DNA of 64,000 nucleotides from the human T2T-CHM13v2.0 reference genome, Homo sapiens: NCBI GenBank assembly GCA_009914755.4, contig CP068257.2, positions 2,144,001 to 2,208,000 of the forward strand, read 5' to 3'. Shown piece by piece: positions 50,278 to 64,000 of this stretch (position 1 is its first letter; each line of letters starts with the position of its first letter). The notes under the pieces were generated by a model. It saw only the letters and a program-made list of their open reading frames with translations, ran no database searches and was not told where the DNA came from. The position numbers and the translations under genes were made by a program.

Positions 50278-51321
50278 GCCTTTACAATCAGCTATCATCT
50301 AAATTACTTTTAATGGAAAGGATTCTGACAAGTCTCTTAAATATGGTTTCAGATAACTTTGGGGATCAAACCATTGAACTAGGAAAATCTTCCAGGACTC
50401 TAAAAAGCTGAATGAGAATTTCTAATTGAAATCAAGCAAAACACAAAAAACTGAATGAGAATTGCTATTTGAAATCAAGCAGAACAAGATTTAGTTACAT
50501 GGGAGTGAACTTATAAAAGAAGGAAAAGATTTTATCCATGGCCCTCCCATTAGAAACATTGTTGATCCTCTTTATGTTTTGTTTTCCAAAGTCAATAATT
50601 TTTTTTCTTTTCAGCTATTTTTAATTTACAATACATTAGATAAACTACATTGTGAACAAAAATTTGAGCCATTTATCTGTCTCTCTAGCTGATTTCTCCA
50701 GAATTCAGAAGCCATTCGTGAGCATTCTTAAATTATGGCAATATAATTATTTGCATAATTTCAATAAGAATCTGTTTTTGGTAACAAGATTCAATTGGAG
50801 ACACTGTTTGTTTTATCAAGGCTTTAACTCGAATGGCAGATACAACCAGACCACTTTAAGGAATTGAGGTTGACTTTATAGCACCAATACAAAGCCCCTT
50901 AGAATGACTGGCTTGATGTCCTGTATACAAAGGTCCTTTACAAAGTTGCTATTCTTGTGGTAAGAAATAAAGAATGTCACTTTCTGATGGGCCAGGAACC
51001 TCAAGATATTTGGGGACCTTGAGAAGAGAGGACTACACCCATTCATTAAAGTATTACAGGAGAGCTGGCAAGATGTCTGAATAGGAACAGCTCCGGCCTG
51101 CAGCACCCAGTGAGATCAACACAGAAGTCAGGTGGTTCATGCATTTCCGACTGAGCCTCCACTGGTGATACCCAGGAAAACAGGGTCTGGAGTGGACCTC
51201 CATCAAACTCGAGCAAACCTGCAGCAGAGGGACCTGACTGTTAGAAGGAAAACTAACAAACAGAAAGGAATAGTATCGACATCACCAACATCAAAGACCA
51301 AAGGTAAATAAATCCACAAAG

Positions 51322-52315
51322 ATGGGGAGAAACCAGTGCAAAAATGCTGAAAACTCCAAAAGTCAGAATGCCTCTTCTCCTCCAGAAGATCACAACTCCC
51401 CGCCAGCAAGGGAACAAAACTGGACAGACAGTGAGTTTGATGAATTGACAGAAGTAGGCTTCAGAAGGCGGGTAATAACAAACTCCTCCGAGCTAAAGGA
51501 GCATGTTCTAACCCAATGCAAGGAAGCTAAGAGCCTGAAAAATAAAGGTTAGACGAATTGTTAACTAGAATAACCAGTTTAGAGAAGAATATAAATGACC
51601 TGATGGAGCTGAAAAACCCAGCACAAGAACTTCATGAAGCATACACAAGTATCAATAGCTGAATCAATCAATCAGGAGAAAGGATATCAGAGATTGAAGA
51701 TCAACTCAATGAAATAAAGCAAGAAGACAAGATTAGAGAAAAAAGAGTGAAAAGAAATGAACAAAGCCTCCAAGAAATAGAGGACTATGTTAAAAGTCTG
51801 AATCTACGTTTGATTGGTGTACCTGAAAGTGACAGAAAGAATGGAACCAAGTTGGAAAAAACTCTTAAGGATATTATTCAGGAGAACTTCCCTAACCTGG
51901 CAAGACAGGCCAACATTCAAATTCAGGAAATACAGAGAACACCACTAAGATACTCCTCAAGAAGAGCAACCCCAAGACACAAAATCATCAGATTCACCAA
52001 GGTTGAAATGAAGGAAAAAATATTAAGGGCAGCCAGAGAGAAAGGTTGAGTTACCAACAAAGGGAAGCCCATCAGACTAACAGTGGATCTCTTGGCAGAT
52101 AGCCTACAAGCCAGAAGAGAGTGGGGGCCAATATACGACATTCCTAAAGAAAAGAATTTTCAAGCCAGAATTTCATATCCAGCCAAACTAAGCTTCATAA
52201 TTGAAGGAGAAATAAAATCCTTTACAAGCAAATGCTGAGAGATATTGTCACCACCAGGACTGCCTTACAAGAGTTCCTGAAGGAAGCACTAAACACGGAA
52301 AGGAACAACTGGTAA
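51322..52315 (+). pseudogene. ORF1 remnant of the second L1 (frameshifts/stops)
   Basis: Track ORFs 51322..51552 and 51747..52049 read ...LIGVPESDRKNGTKLEKTLKDIIQENFPNLARQANIQIQEIQRTPLRYSSRRATPRHKIIRFTKVEMKEKILRAAREKG, which is ORF1p. Confidence 0.75.
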
Positions 52316-52341
52316 CAGCCACTGCAAAAACATACCAAATT

Positions 52342-52683
<342 letters not shown>

Positions 52684-52714
52684 CTAATGAGCAAAATAAC
52701 CAGCTAGTATCATA

Positions 52715-55700
52715 ATGACAGGATCAAATTCACACATAACAATATTAACCTTAAATGTAAATGAGCTAAATGTCCCCAGTTGAAAGACACAGTCTGGCAA
52801 GTTGGATAAAGAGTCAAGACCCATCAATGTGTTGTATTCAGGAGACCCATCTCATACACATAGGCTCAAAATAAAGGGATGAAGAAACATTTACCAAGCA
52901 AGTGGAAAGCAACAAAAGGCAGGGGTTGCAATCCTAGTTTCTGATAAAACAGATCTTAAGCCAACAAAGATAAAAAGAGACAAAGAAAGGCATTACATAA
53001 TGGTAAAGGGATCAATGCAACAAGAAGAGCTAACTATCCTAGACATATATGCACCCAATACAGGAGCACTCAGATTCATAAAGCAAGTTCTTAAAGACCT
53101 ACAAAGAGACTTAGGCTCCCACACAATAATAGTGGGAGACTTTAACACTCCACTGTCAATATTAGATAGATGAGACAGAAAATTAACAAGAATATCCAGG
53201 ACTTGAACTCAGCTCTGGACCAAGTGGACCTAAAAGATATCTACAGAACTCTCCACCCCAAATCAACAGAATGTACCTTCTTCTCAGCACCGCATTGTAC
53301 TTATTCTAAAATTGACCACATAATTGGAAGTAAAACACTCCTCAGGAAATGCAAAAGAATGGAAATCATAACAAACAGTCTCTCAGACCACAATGCATTC
53401 AAATTAGTATGCAGGATTAAGAAACTCACTCAAAACCTCACAACTACATGGAAACTGGGCAACCTGCTCCTGAATGACTACTGGGTAAATAACGAAATGA
53501 AGGCAGAAATAAAGATGTTCTTCAAAACCAATGAGAACAAAGACACAACGTACCAGAATCTCTGGGACACATTTAAAGCAGTGTGTAGAGGGAAATTTAT
53601 AGCACTAAATGCCCACAAGAGAAAGCAGGAAAGATCTAAAATTGACACCTTAACATCAAAATTAAAAGAACTAGAGAAGAAAGAACAAACAAATTCAAAA
53701 GCTAGGAGATGACAAGACATAAATAAGATCAGAGCAGAATTGAATGAGATAGAGACATGAAAAACCCTTCAAAACATCAATGAATCCAGGAGCTGGTTTT
53801 TCGAAAAGATCAACAAAACAGACCACTAGCCAGACTAATAAAGAAGAAAAGACAGAAGAATCAAATAGATGTAATAAAAAATGATTAAGGGGATATCACC
53901 ACTGATCCCACAGAAATACAAATTATCATCAGAGAATACTACAAAGACTAAACCAGGAAGAAGTCAAATTCCTGAATAGACCAATAACAAGTTCTGAAAT
54001 TGAGGCATTAATCAATAGCCTACCAACCAAAAAAAGTCCAGGACCAGACGGATTCACAGCCAAATTCTACCAGAGGTACAAAGAGGAGCTGGTACCATTC
54101 CTTCTGAAACTATTCCAAACAATAGAAAAAGAGAATCCTCCCTAACTCATTTTATGAGGCCAACACAACAAAAAAAGGAAATTTTAGGCCAATATGCCTG
54201 ATGAACATCAATGCAGAAATCCTGAATAAAATACTGGAAAACTGAATCCAGCAGCACATCAAAAAGCTTGTCCACCATGACCAAGTTGGCTTCATCCCTG
54301 GGATGCAAGGCTGGTTCAACATGCAAATCAATAAATGTAATCCCTCACATAAACGGAATCAATGACAAAAACTACATGATTATCTCAATAGATGCAGAAA
54401 AGGCCTTTGACAAAATTCAACAGCCCTTCATGCTAAAAATTCTCAATAAACTGGTATTGATGGAACGTATCTCAAAATATTAAGTGCTATTTATGGCAAA
54501 CCCACAGCCAATAACATACTGAATGTGCAAAAACTGGAAGCATTCCCTTTGAAAATCAGCACAAGACAAGGATGCCCTCTCTCACTACTCCTATTCCACA
54601 TAGTGTTGGAAGTTCTGGCCAGGGTAATCAGGCAAGAGAAAGAAATACAGGGTGTTCAATTAGGAAAAGAAGAAGTCAAATTGTCTCTGTTTGCAGATGA
54701 CATGATTATATATTTAGAAAACCCCATCGTCTCAGCCCAAAATCTCCTTAAGCTGATAAGCAACTTCAGCAAAGTTTCAGGATACAAAATTAATGTGCAA
54801 AAATCACAAGCTTTCTTATACACCAATAACAGACAAACAGAGAGCCAAACTATGAGTGAACTCCCATTCTCCATTGCTACAACAAGAATGAAATACCTAG
54901 GAATACAACTTACAAGGATGTGAAGGACCTCTTCAAGGAGAACTATAAACCACTCCTCAAGGAAACAAGAGAGGACACAAACAAATGGAAAAACATTCCA
55001 TGCTCATCAATAGGAAGAATCAATATCGTGAAAATGGCCATACTACCCAAAGTAATTTATAGATTCACTGCTATCCCCATTAAACTCTATTGACTTTCTC
55101 CACAGAATTGGAAAAATATATTTTAAATTCCATATGGAATCAAAAAAGAGCCCGAATAGCCAAGACAATCCTAAGCAAAAAGAACAAAGCTTCAAGCATC
55201 ATGCTACCTGACTTCAAACTATACTACAAGGCTATGATAAACAAAAGAGCATGGTACTGGTACCAAAACAGATATATAGATCAAAGGAACAGAACCGAAC
55301 CCTCAGAAATAACACCACATATCTACAACCATCTGATCTTTGACAAACCTGAGAAAAACAAGCACTGAGGAAAGGATTCCCTATTTAATAAATGATGTTG
55401 GGAAAACTGGCTAGCCTTAGGCAGAAAGCTGAAACTGGATCCCTTCCTTACACCTTATATAAAAATTAACTCAAGATGAATTAAAGACTTAAACCTAATA
55501 CCTAAAGCCGTAAAAACCCTAGAGGAAAACCTAGGCAATACCATTCAGGACATAGGCATGGGCAAAGACTTCATGACTAAAACACCAAAAACAATGGCAA
55601 CAAAAACCAAAATTGACAAATGGGACCTAATTAAACTAAAGAGTTTCTGGACAGCAAAAGAAACTATGAGAGTGAAAGGGCAACCTACGAAATGGGAGAA

Positions 55701-56410
55701 AATTTTTGCAATCTATCCATCTGACAAAGACCTAATATCCAGAATCTACAAAGAACTTAAACAAATTTACAAGAAAGAACAATCCCATCAAAAAGTGGGC
55801 AAAGGATGTGAACAGACACTTCTTAAAAGAGGACAATTATGCAACCAAGAAACATATGAAAAAAAGCTCATCATCACTAGTCATTAGAGAAATGCAAATC
55901 AAAACCACAATGAGATGCCATCTCATGCCAGTTAGAATGGCAATCATTAAAAAGTCAGGAAACAAAAGATACTGGAGAGGATGTGGAGAAATAGGATTGC
56001 TTTTACACTGTTGGTGGGAGTGTAAATTAGTTCAACCATTGTGGAAGACAGTGTGGCTATTCCTCAAGGATCTAGAACTAGAAATGCCATTTGGCCCAGC
56101 AATCCCATTACTGGGTATATACCCAAAGGATTATAAATCATTCTACCATAAAGACACATGCACACGTATGTTTATTGCAGGACTGTTCACAATAACAAAG
56201 ACTTGGAACCAACCCAAATGCCCATCAATTATAGACTGGATAAAGAAAATGTGGCACATATACACCATGGAATACTATGCAGCCATAAAAAAGGATGAGT
56301 TCATGTCCTTTGTAGGGACATGGATGAAGCTGGAAACCTTCATTCTCAGCAAACTAACACAAGAATAGAAAACAAAACACCACATGTTCTCACTCATAAG
56401 TGGGAGTTGA
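52715..56410 (+). pseudogene. ORF2 remnant of the second L1 (EN plus RT plus C-terminal domain, multiple stops)
   Basis: Starts atgacaggatcaaattcacacataacaatattaacc. Track ORFs 53170..53712, 54525..54923 ([12 protein letters not shown]) and 55808..56368. Terminal ...LISGS* at 56408-56410. Confidence 0.8.
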
Positions 56411-58997
56411 ACAACGAGAACACAAGCACACAGGGAGGGGAACATCACACACTGGGGCATGTTGGGGGTTGGGGGCGGGGGGAGGGATAGCATTAGGACA
56501 AATACCTAATATAGGTGATGGGTTGATGGGTGCAGCAAACCACCACAGCACATGTATACCTATGTAACAAACCTCAGCATTCTGCACGTGTACCCCACAA
56601 CTTAAAGTATAATAAAAACGTAGGTTAAAAAAAAGTATTACAGACACAGTATGATGCAAATCTTTGACTTGGCTAGCCTCAAGGCTTTTAAAAGTCTAAG
56701 ATTCCTTATTAGAAAGTTCCAACAAAGCCAATTTTAAGAAGCCTATATGGTCAATAAATATTCTTGCTGCACTTTATGCAAATAATCAGACCAGGTATGA
56801 TAAGACTAAAACTTATTTTGCACAGAAATTTGTCCTACTATGGTTTGTCTTTGATAAAATGATGGACTAGAGAGAGAAAATTCATGTTTCAAATGAAAAC
56901 TGTGACATATGCTATTAGATTCCAGCCCTGATCATTCTTTTCCGAGTTTTTATTATTTGCCTATAATTTGGGCTGAATCCTGAATTATTTCCTGGCTCCA
57001 AGTGTTCCCTAGTGAACCCAGATAAAATATATTTTTAAAAAACTTGTTTTATCCTGTCAGTAATGAGATGTATTTTTGTAGGACTACTTAAACTAGCAAT
57101 TACAATTCGATTATTATGATTATAGAATCTCGGGATTTATCTTCCTTCTTGTCAAGGTCTTTACCTGATGTTTGTCTCATTAAAAAAAAAAAGAAATCAG
57201 ACTGATTGCACTCTACTCAAGACTGAAGACATGTACTTTAACCTGTCTCTGTTACCAGTAAACCAAAGCCTTAAATTTCAGAATCCGTCAGGGACCCTGT
57301 GTGGTCCCTGGATCAAGCACACATGGGCTTATGAATGTGTTGACCGCTGGCATATGAGAGGTAATTGTCTATTAGGTTATGTGGCTCTTCCTCTTCCTAT
57401 TTATAACTCCAATGTTTCTGAACGCTGAAGTAGTTCATCGAAATTATTTTCCAGGATTAGACAAACCGTACCTGCAAACCAAGGAGATGAATTTTGGCCT
57501 ATGTTTGGCAGAAATCTCTTGCAATGGTGGGGAGTAACCTCTCATGAACGTATAATTAGAAATCTGTCAACCACTCTAGGTAACTTAGCAAATGAACTAG
57601 CTGAAGCCATAGCTACCAAATAAAGATCTTCAGACTCTTTAGCCAGGATAGTCATGGATGACGGAATAACTTTAGGCTACATAGTGGTGAAACAGGGAGA
57701 AACTCATATGGCAGCTAGCTAACACTTCATGTTGTGTTTAGATCCATACATCTTCTGAAGTTGAAACACGTGTAAAAAAATAAGACGATATGGGAATTAA
57801 TTATGACAAATCCTAGGGAAGAGGCTGAAAGAGCTGTAACACAAACAGGGCTGAGACATGCCCCTTGCTCGCCACATTGTGGGCAAAGAGAAGGAAAGAA
57901 GAGCTATGGCCCTTTGGGGAGCCCAGACCTGGGAGCTCCCTGAGCCAGAGCTGTGATTCCTTCTTTGGGGCCTTTGGTTCCTGATATCTCCAAGCTTCTG
58001 GGTGCCACTGTGTTCCCAGTGTGCCAGCTGTGGAAGCTTCTTGAGGTGCCCGTGGTCCAGCCACAGCCTTGTGGAGAGCTGGCGCCCGTGTTGGCACCTG
58101 GAGCTACCTGCTCCACTTCAGCAGCCAGCAAATCTGACTGCACAGTGGCCAGACCCCATGCTCACTCACACACCCCTTGCCACTCCATGCAGTCTCCCTT
58201 GGCAGGCATGGGATCCAACGTGGTAGCATGAGCAGAGCACAGCCTGCCAGGCTGAGTGTGCGGGGCCCAGCAAAACTCAGGCAAAGGTGCCACCAGTCAT
58301 AGAGGTTTCTGTCCAGAAAAGTAACACCCCAAAGATCCCATAACACCGCTACTCTTCCCAGCCTCTGGAAACTCTCAGTCTACTCTCTATCTTGATGAGT
58401 TCAATTGTTTTAATTTTTAGCTCCCACAAATGAGTGAGAACATGCGAAGTCTGTCTTTCTGTGCCTGGCTCATTGTACTTAACATAATTGTCCTCTAGTT
58501 CCATCCATGTTGTTGCAAATGACAGAATCTTATTCTTTTTCATGGCCGAAGAGTACTCCATTGTGTATATGTACTACATTTTCTTTATCCCTTCATCTGT
58601 TGATGCACACTTAGGTTGCTTCCAAATCTTGGCTATTATGAATAGTGCTGAAATAAATATGGGAATGCAGATATCTCTTTGATATACTAATTTTCCCTCT
58701 CTTGGGTATATACCCAGCAGTGGGATTGCTGGATCATATGATAGTTCTATTTTTAATTTTTTGAGGGACCTCCATATTGTTCTCCATAGTGAATATACTA
58801 ATTTACATTCCCACCAACAGAGTAAGAGTGTTCCCTTTTCCCCAAATTCTTGAAAGCATTTGTTATTGCCTGTCTTTTGCATAAAAGCCATTTTAATGGG
58901 GTAAGATGATATATTTTTGTAGTTTTGATTTCAATTTCTGTCATGATCAATGATATTGAGCATCTTTTCATATACCTATTTGACATTTATATATGTT

Positions 58998-59288
58998 CTT
59001 TTTTGTTTTTGCTCATTTTTTGAGACAGGGTCTCACTCTGTCACCCAGGCTGGAGTGCAGGGGTATGATCATGGCTTAATGTAGTGTTGACTGCCAGGGT
59101 TCAAGCAATCCTCCCACCTCAGCCTACTGAGTAGCTGGGACCACAGTCATGCATCACCATGCCCAGGTAGTTTTTAAAATTATTTGCTATGTTGTTCAGG
59201 TTGGTCTTGAACTCCTGGGCTCAAGTGGCCCACCCATCTTGGCTCCCCAAAGTTCTGGAATTACATGTGTCAGCCACTGCGCCTGACC
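58998..59288 (-). mobile_element. Alu (minus) nested in the ancient L1
   Basis: ttttgtttttgctcattttttgagacagggtctcactctgtcacccaggctggagtgcaggggtatgatc...attacatgtgtcagccactgcgcctgacc. Confidence 0.85.
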
Positions 59289-59713
59289 TGTGTGCCTTCT
59301 TTTGAGAACTGTCTGTTCAGATCTTTTGCCTATTTAAATAATTGGATTGTTAGTTTTTTTCTTGTAGAGTTGTTTGAGCTCCTTATATATTCTGGTTATT
59401 AATCCCTTGTCAGTTATATAGTTTGCAAATATTTTCTTCCATTCTGTGGATTGTCTTTTCACTTTGTCCATTGTTTTCTTTACTGTGCAGAAACTTTTGA
59501 ACTTGATGTGATACCACTTGTTCATTTTTGCTTTGGTTGCCTGAGCTTTTGGAGTATTACTCAAGAAATCTGTGCCAAGAGCAATTTCCTGGAGAGTTTC
59601 CCTAATGTTTTCTTTCAGTAGTTTCGTGTCTTTGATTTAAGTCTTTAACCCATTTGGATTTGATTTTTGTATATAGTGCAAGAGAGGCTTCTAGTTTAAC
59701 TATTCTGCCAATG

Positions 59714-59979
59714 ACTTTGGGAGGCCAAGGTGGGCGGATCATGGGGGCAGGAGATCGAGACCATCCTGGCTAACACGGTGAAACTCCGTCACTACTAAAA
59801 GTACAAAAAAAAAATTAGCCAGGCGTGGTGGTGGGCACCTGTACTCCCAGCTACTTGGGAGGCTGAGGAGGAGAATGGTGTGAACCCGGGAGGTGGAGCT
59901 TGCAGTGAGCCCAGATCGCGCCACTGCACTCCAGCCTGAGCAACAGAGCTAGACTCCATCTCAAAAAAAAAAAAAAAAA
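59714..59979 (+). mobile_element. 5'-truncated Alu (plus) with TSD tctgccaatg(a)
   Basis: Starts actttgggaggccaaggtgggcggatca. Poly-A runs 59963-59979. tctgccaatg occurs at 59704-59713 and 59980-59989. Confidence 0.85.
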
Positions 59980-61257
59980 TCTGCCAATGAATATCTAGTT
60001 TTCCCAGCACAATTTGTTGAAGAGACTGTCCTCTCCCCCATGTATATTCTTGGCACCTTCATTGAAAATGAGTTAATTGTAAATGTATGGATTTATTTCT
60101 GGGTTCTCTATTCTGTTCCATTGGTCTATGTGTCTGTTTTATGCCAGTACCATGCTGTTTTGTTTATAATTGCTCTGTACTATAATTTAAAGTCAGGTGA
60201 TGTGATTCTTCCAGTTTTGTTCTTTTTACTCAGGATGGCTTTTGGTATTCTGGGTCTTTTATGGTTTCATGTAAATTTTAGGATTTTTTTTCTATTTCTG
60301 TGAAGAAAGTTATTAGTATTTCAATAGGGATTGCATTGAATCTGTAGATTGCTTTGTGAAGTATGGGTATTTTAACAATATTTACTCTTCCAATAAATGA
60401 ACATGGACTATCTTTCCATTTTTTTTTTGGTGTCCTCTTTAATTTTTTTGCATCTATGTTTTATAGTTTTCATTGTAGAGATCTTTCACTTCTTCTGTTA
60501 TGTTTATTCCCAGTTATTTTATTTTATTTGTAGCTATTGTAAATGGGATTACATTCTTGATTTTCTTCTTTAGATTGTTCATTTTTGTCATTTAGAAATG
60601 CTACTGACTTTTGTAGTTTGATTTTGTATACTGTGACTCTGAATTTGTTGATCAGTTCTAATAGTTTTTTGGTGGAGTCCTTAGGTTTTTCCAAATATAA
60701 GAGCTAATCATCTGCAAACAAGAAACAGTAATAATTTTACTTCTTTCCAATTTGGATCCCTTTTATTGTTTTTCTCTTGTCTGAATTGCTCTAGCTAGGA
60801 CTTCCAGTACTATGTTGAGTAACAGTGTTGGAAGTGGACATTCTTGTCTTGTTCCAGATCTTAGAAGAAAGGCTTTCAGCTTTTCCCTGTCCAGGATGAT
60901 ACTGGCTGTGGGTCTGTTGCATATGGTTTTCATTGTGTTGTGGTATGTTCCTTCTATATCTAGTTTTTTTTGAGGGTTTCTTTTTATCACAGGGATGTTG
61001 AATTTTATTAAATGCTTTTCAGCATCAATTGAAATTATCATATGGTTTTTGTCCTTCATTCTGTTGATATGATGTGTCACATTGATTGATTTGCATACAT
61101 TGAACCATGTTGGCATCCTTGGGATAAATCCCACTTAGACATGATGAATGGTCTTTTTCATAGGATGAGTTTGGAAATACTACAGCCTTCTCTGTTTTTT
61201 TGGAATAGTTTGAGTAGGATTGATAGTAATTCTGCCTTCAATGTTTGGTAAAATTAA

Positions 61258-61645
<388 letters not shown>

Positions 61646-62039
61646 ATTTCTTCCAGGTTTTTCAATTTATTGGAATATAGTTGGTCATAATAGTTTCTAA
61701 TGATTCTTTGAATTTCCACAGTATCAGTTATAGTGTCTCCTTTTTAATCTCTGGTTTTATGTATTTGAATCTTCTCTCTTTTTTCTTAGTCTGGTTAAGT
61801 GTTTGTTGATTTTGTTGGTCTTTTAAAAATATTAACTTTTCATTTCATTGATATTTTATATTTTTAAATTTCAATTTCATTTATTTCTGCTCCGATCTTT
61901 GCTATGTTTCCTTCTACTAATTTTGGTTTTGGCTTGCTCTTGCTTTTCTAATTATTTAAGATGCATTATTAGGTTGTTTATTTGAAGCTTTTCTACTTTT
62001 TTTGATGTAGGTGCTTTTATCTATAAACTTACCTCTTAG

Positions 62040-62384
<345 letters not shown>

Positions 62385-62449
62385 TGAGACCCTTTTACTT
62401 GATAACAGTGGTAGCTGGGACAAGTTGGCAATGTAAATAAATAAACAAC

Positions 62450-62680
62450 ATCTAGATTGGAAAGGAAGAAGTACAGTTATCTTTATGTACAGATGACATG
62501 ATCTTGCATTTAGAAAATCGTAAGAAATTTACTAAAAAGTATTAGGACTCATGAACAAACTTAAGAATGTAACACTATATAAGATTGGTATACAAAAATA
62601 ACTGTATTTCTTTACCAATAAATCAAGAATCCAAAAATGGAATTAAAAAAATAAATCTTGTTACAATAGAATTAAAGCTG
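62450..62680 (+). mobile_element. Short ancient L1 ORF2 (RT) fragment in plus orientation
   Basis: gaagaagtacagttatctttatgtacagatgacatgatcttgcatttagaaaatcgtaagaaatttactaaaaag encodes E(E)[16 protein letters not shown], an L1 RT FADDM-region analogue. Confidence 0.4.
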
Positions 62681-63916
62681 GGGAAGCTTAAACTTGAACA
62701 CTAAAAACTACAATACATGGTTAGCGTTGGAAACACCCAGATACCATCCCTGAGCCTTCTCTCCTTGGCTCTGAGGGCTTTACCTTCACGGGGTGAGGAA
62801 AGGGGTTGCATTCTTGGCTTTTACATTATATTAGGTGGGTTCGGGTTGAGGTATCTGCAATTCAAATGAGTATTACAATCTCTACTTTTATGGATAAGAG
62901 ACTGAGGCCCACCAAGAGAGGGAATGACAGTCCATATCCTGGAAGGCGAATTGTCAGGCACTGATTTCCGCTATTTAACCCCTGCCAATCATCATGTATT
63001 TAAAGGATCCCCAGATACCATACCAATAGGTGTTCAAGAGAGAGGCCTGTAATCTAGGCGTCTGAGAAAACAAGGCTAGAGATTCCAATATTGGAGACAA
63101 CAGGGCTCTGGGAAGATTAAGGTTGAGTTTTCTGGATCTGCAGAATAGAGTCACTGAGGACCAATTGCAAGATCAGAGGAGATGAAAGAACAAGTCAGGG
63201 CATGCTTAGGAAAAGAGAATACCAGGGATAGGTTTTAGGCAAGAGTCACACTGAGGAAGGGCAGGTTCTTGGCGTCGTTTAGGAAGAAATCCAAAAGCAA
63301 GCCTGTGGTGGAAGAAAGCAGCTCTACGGAGGCATTGGCGGTGTTACAGCACTGCGTCCACTCCGGCAGGGCAGGGAGCCCTCCGTGGGTTGTGCTCCCA
63401 GAGCAGCAGCCTAGGGGTGGCTTGTAGTCATTTTTATAATTCACTTTTAAAGGCATGCTAATTAAGGGGCGGGTTATTCAGAAATAGCTAGAAATGGGCA
63501 GTAACTTCCATCTGTTTCCATGGCAAGGGGTGGGGACTTCTCGTGATGACATGGCATTGGCAAACTGTCATGGCACTGGTGGGAGCGTCTTCTGGTGATC
63601 TGAGGCGTGAGGTGCTTTCGCTGCCTCTCCCAGGTTCCTGCGTGCCTCTTACCTGAAAGCCCATCACACCCCCATCTGCCCACCTACAAACGTCACTGCC
63701 CTTTCACCCCATCCCCGTTTCACACGCACTCCCACATCAACCCTGAGCATTCAAGCCTGCGTTTCCCTGTTAGGAACCTCGGTGGTAGCCGGAGCTCTGA
63801 GAAACCCCTAGGCAGAACTCCTTGCCTAGTTTGTGGCAGACATCAGGGAAGGAAAGGCAAATTTCAGGTCTTTCTCACAATAAATAAATAAAGATAGGTA
63901 GATTTGATTGATGGAT

Positions 63917-63935
63917 GGATGGATGAAACCTGGGA
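63917..63935. repeat. (GGAT)n-type short microsatellite
   Basis: gattgatggatggatggatg run directly read in the sequence. Confidence 0.6.
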
Positions 63936-64000
63936 GTCTACGGGCAAATATTTATCAGACACTGGAAGTGTAAGTTGTCACAAAGATTATGGAGTGCACC

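Noticed and set aside
57800-58340. GC-rich segment with overlapping ORFs on both strands, considered as a CpG-island promoter/first exon
   Set aside because: CpG dinucleotides are mostly depleted (few CG despite high G+C). There is no TATA/Inr or splice-donor context that I can support. It directly abuts the 3' end of an ancient L1, so it is more likely an old unclassified repeat or LTR. It is kept only as a low-confidence note within another finding.

Overview
This window is primate genomic DNA, human or a close hominoid relative, judging by the AluY/AluS, L1PA and HERV-K content. It is not a prokaryotic or viral gene cluster. It looks like AT-rich, gene-poor intergenic or deep-intronic sequence, and well over half of it is recognisable interspersed repeats. 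I found no supported cellular protein-coding exon, tRNA, rRNA or CRISPR array. The main elements are as follows.

1. A full-length but mutationally dead L1PA element on the + strand at about 5351-11479, with target-site duplications (TSDs).
2. A second L1 on the + strand (51058-56634) with both ends and TSDs. It has an internally deleted 5'UTR and a young CpG-rich Alu inserted in it.
3. A composite, heavily deleted HERV-K (betaretrovirus-like) locus at about 37870-45100. It has two tRNA-Lys-type primer-binding sites and two gag regions. It also carries a dUTPase-protease block, a truncated RT, RNase H and the integrase C-terminus, and is interrupted by Alus.
4. At least 22 Alu insertions, many with clear TSDs, plus several ancient L1 fragments in both orientations.
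5. (CA)n and (TA)n microsatellites and a few small local tandem duplications.

The most unusual single observation is a perfect 60-bp inverted duplicate. One copy sits in unique sequence at 33570-33629 and the other inside the HERV-K gag region at 39034-39093. I see no evidence of a novel biological system. The long ORFs on the six-frame track are retroelement ORF remnants or chance ORFs inside repeats.
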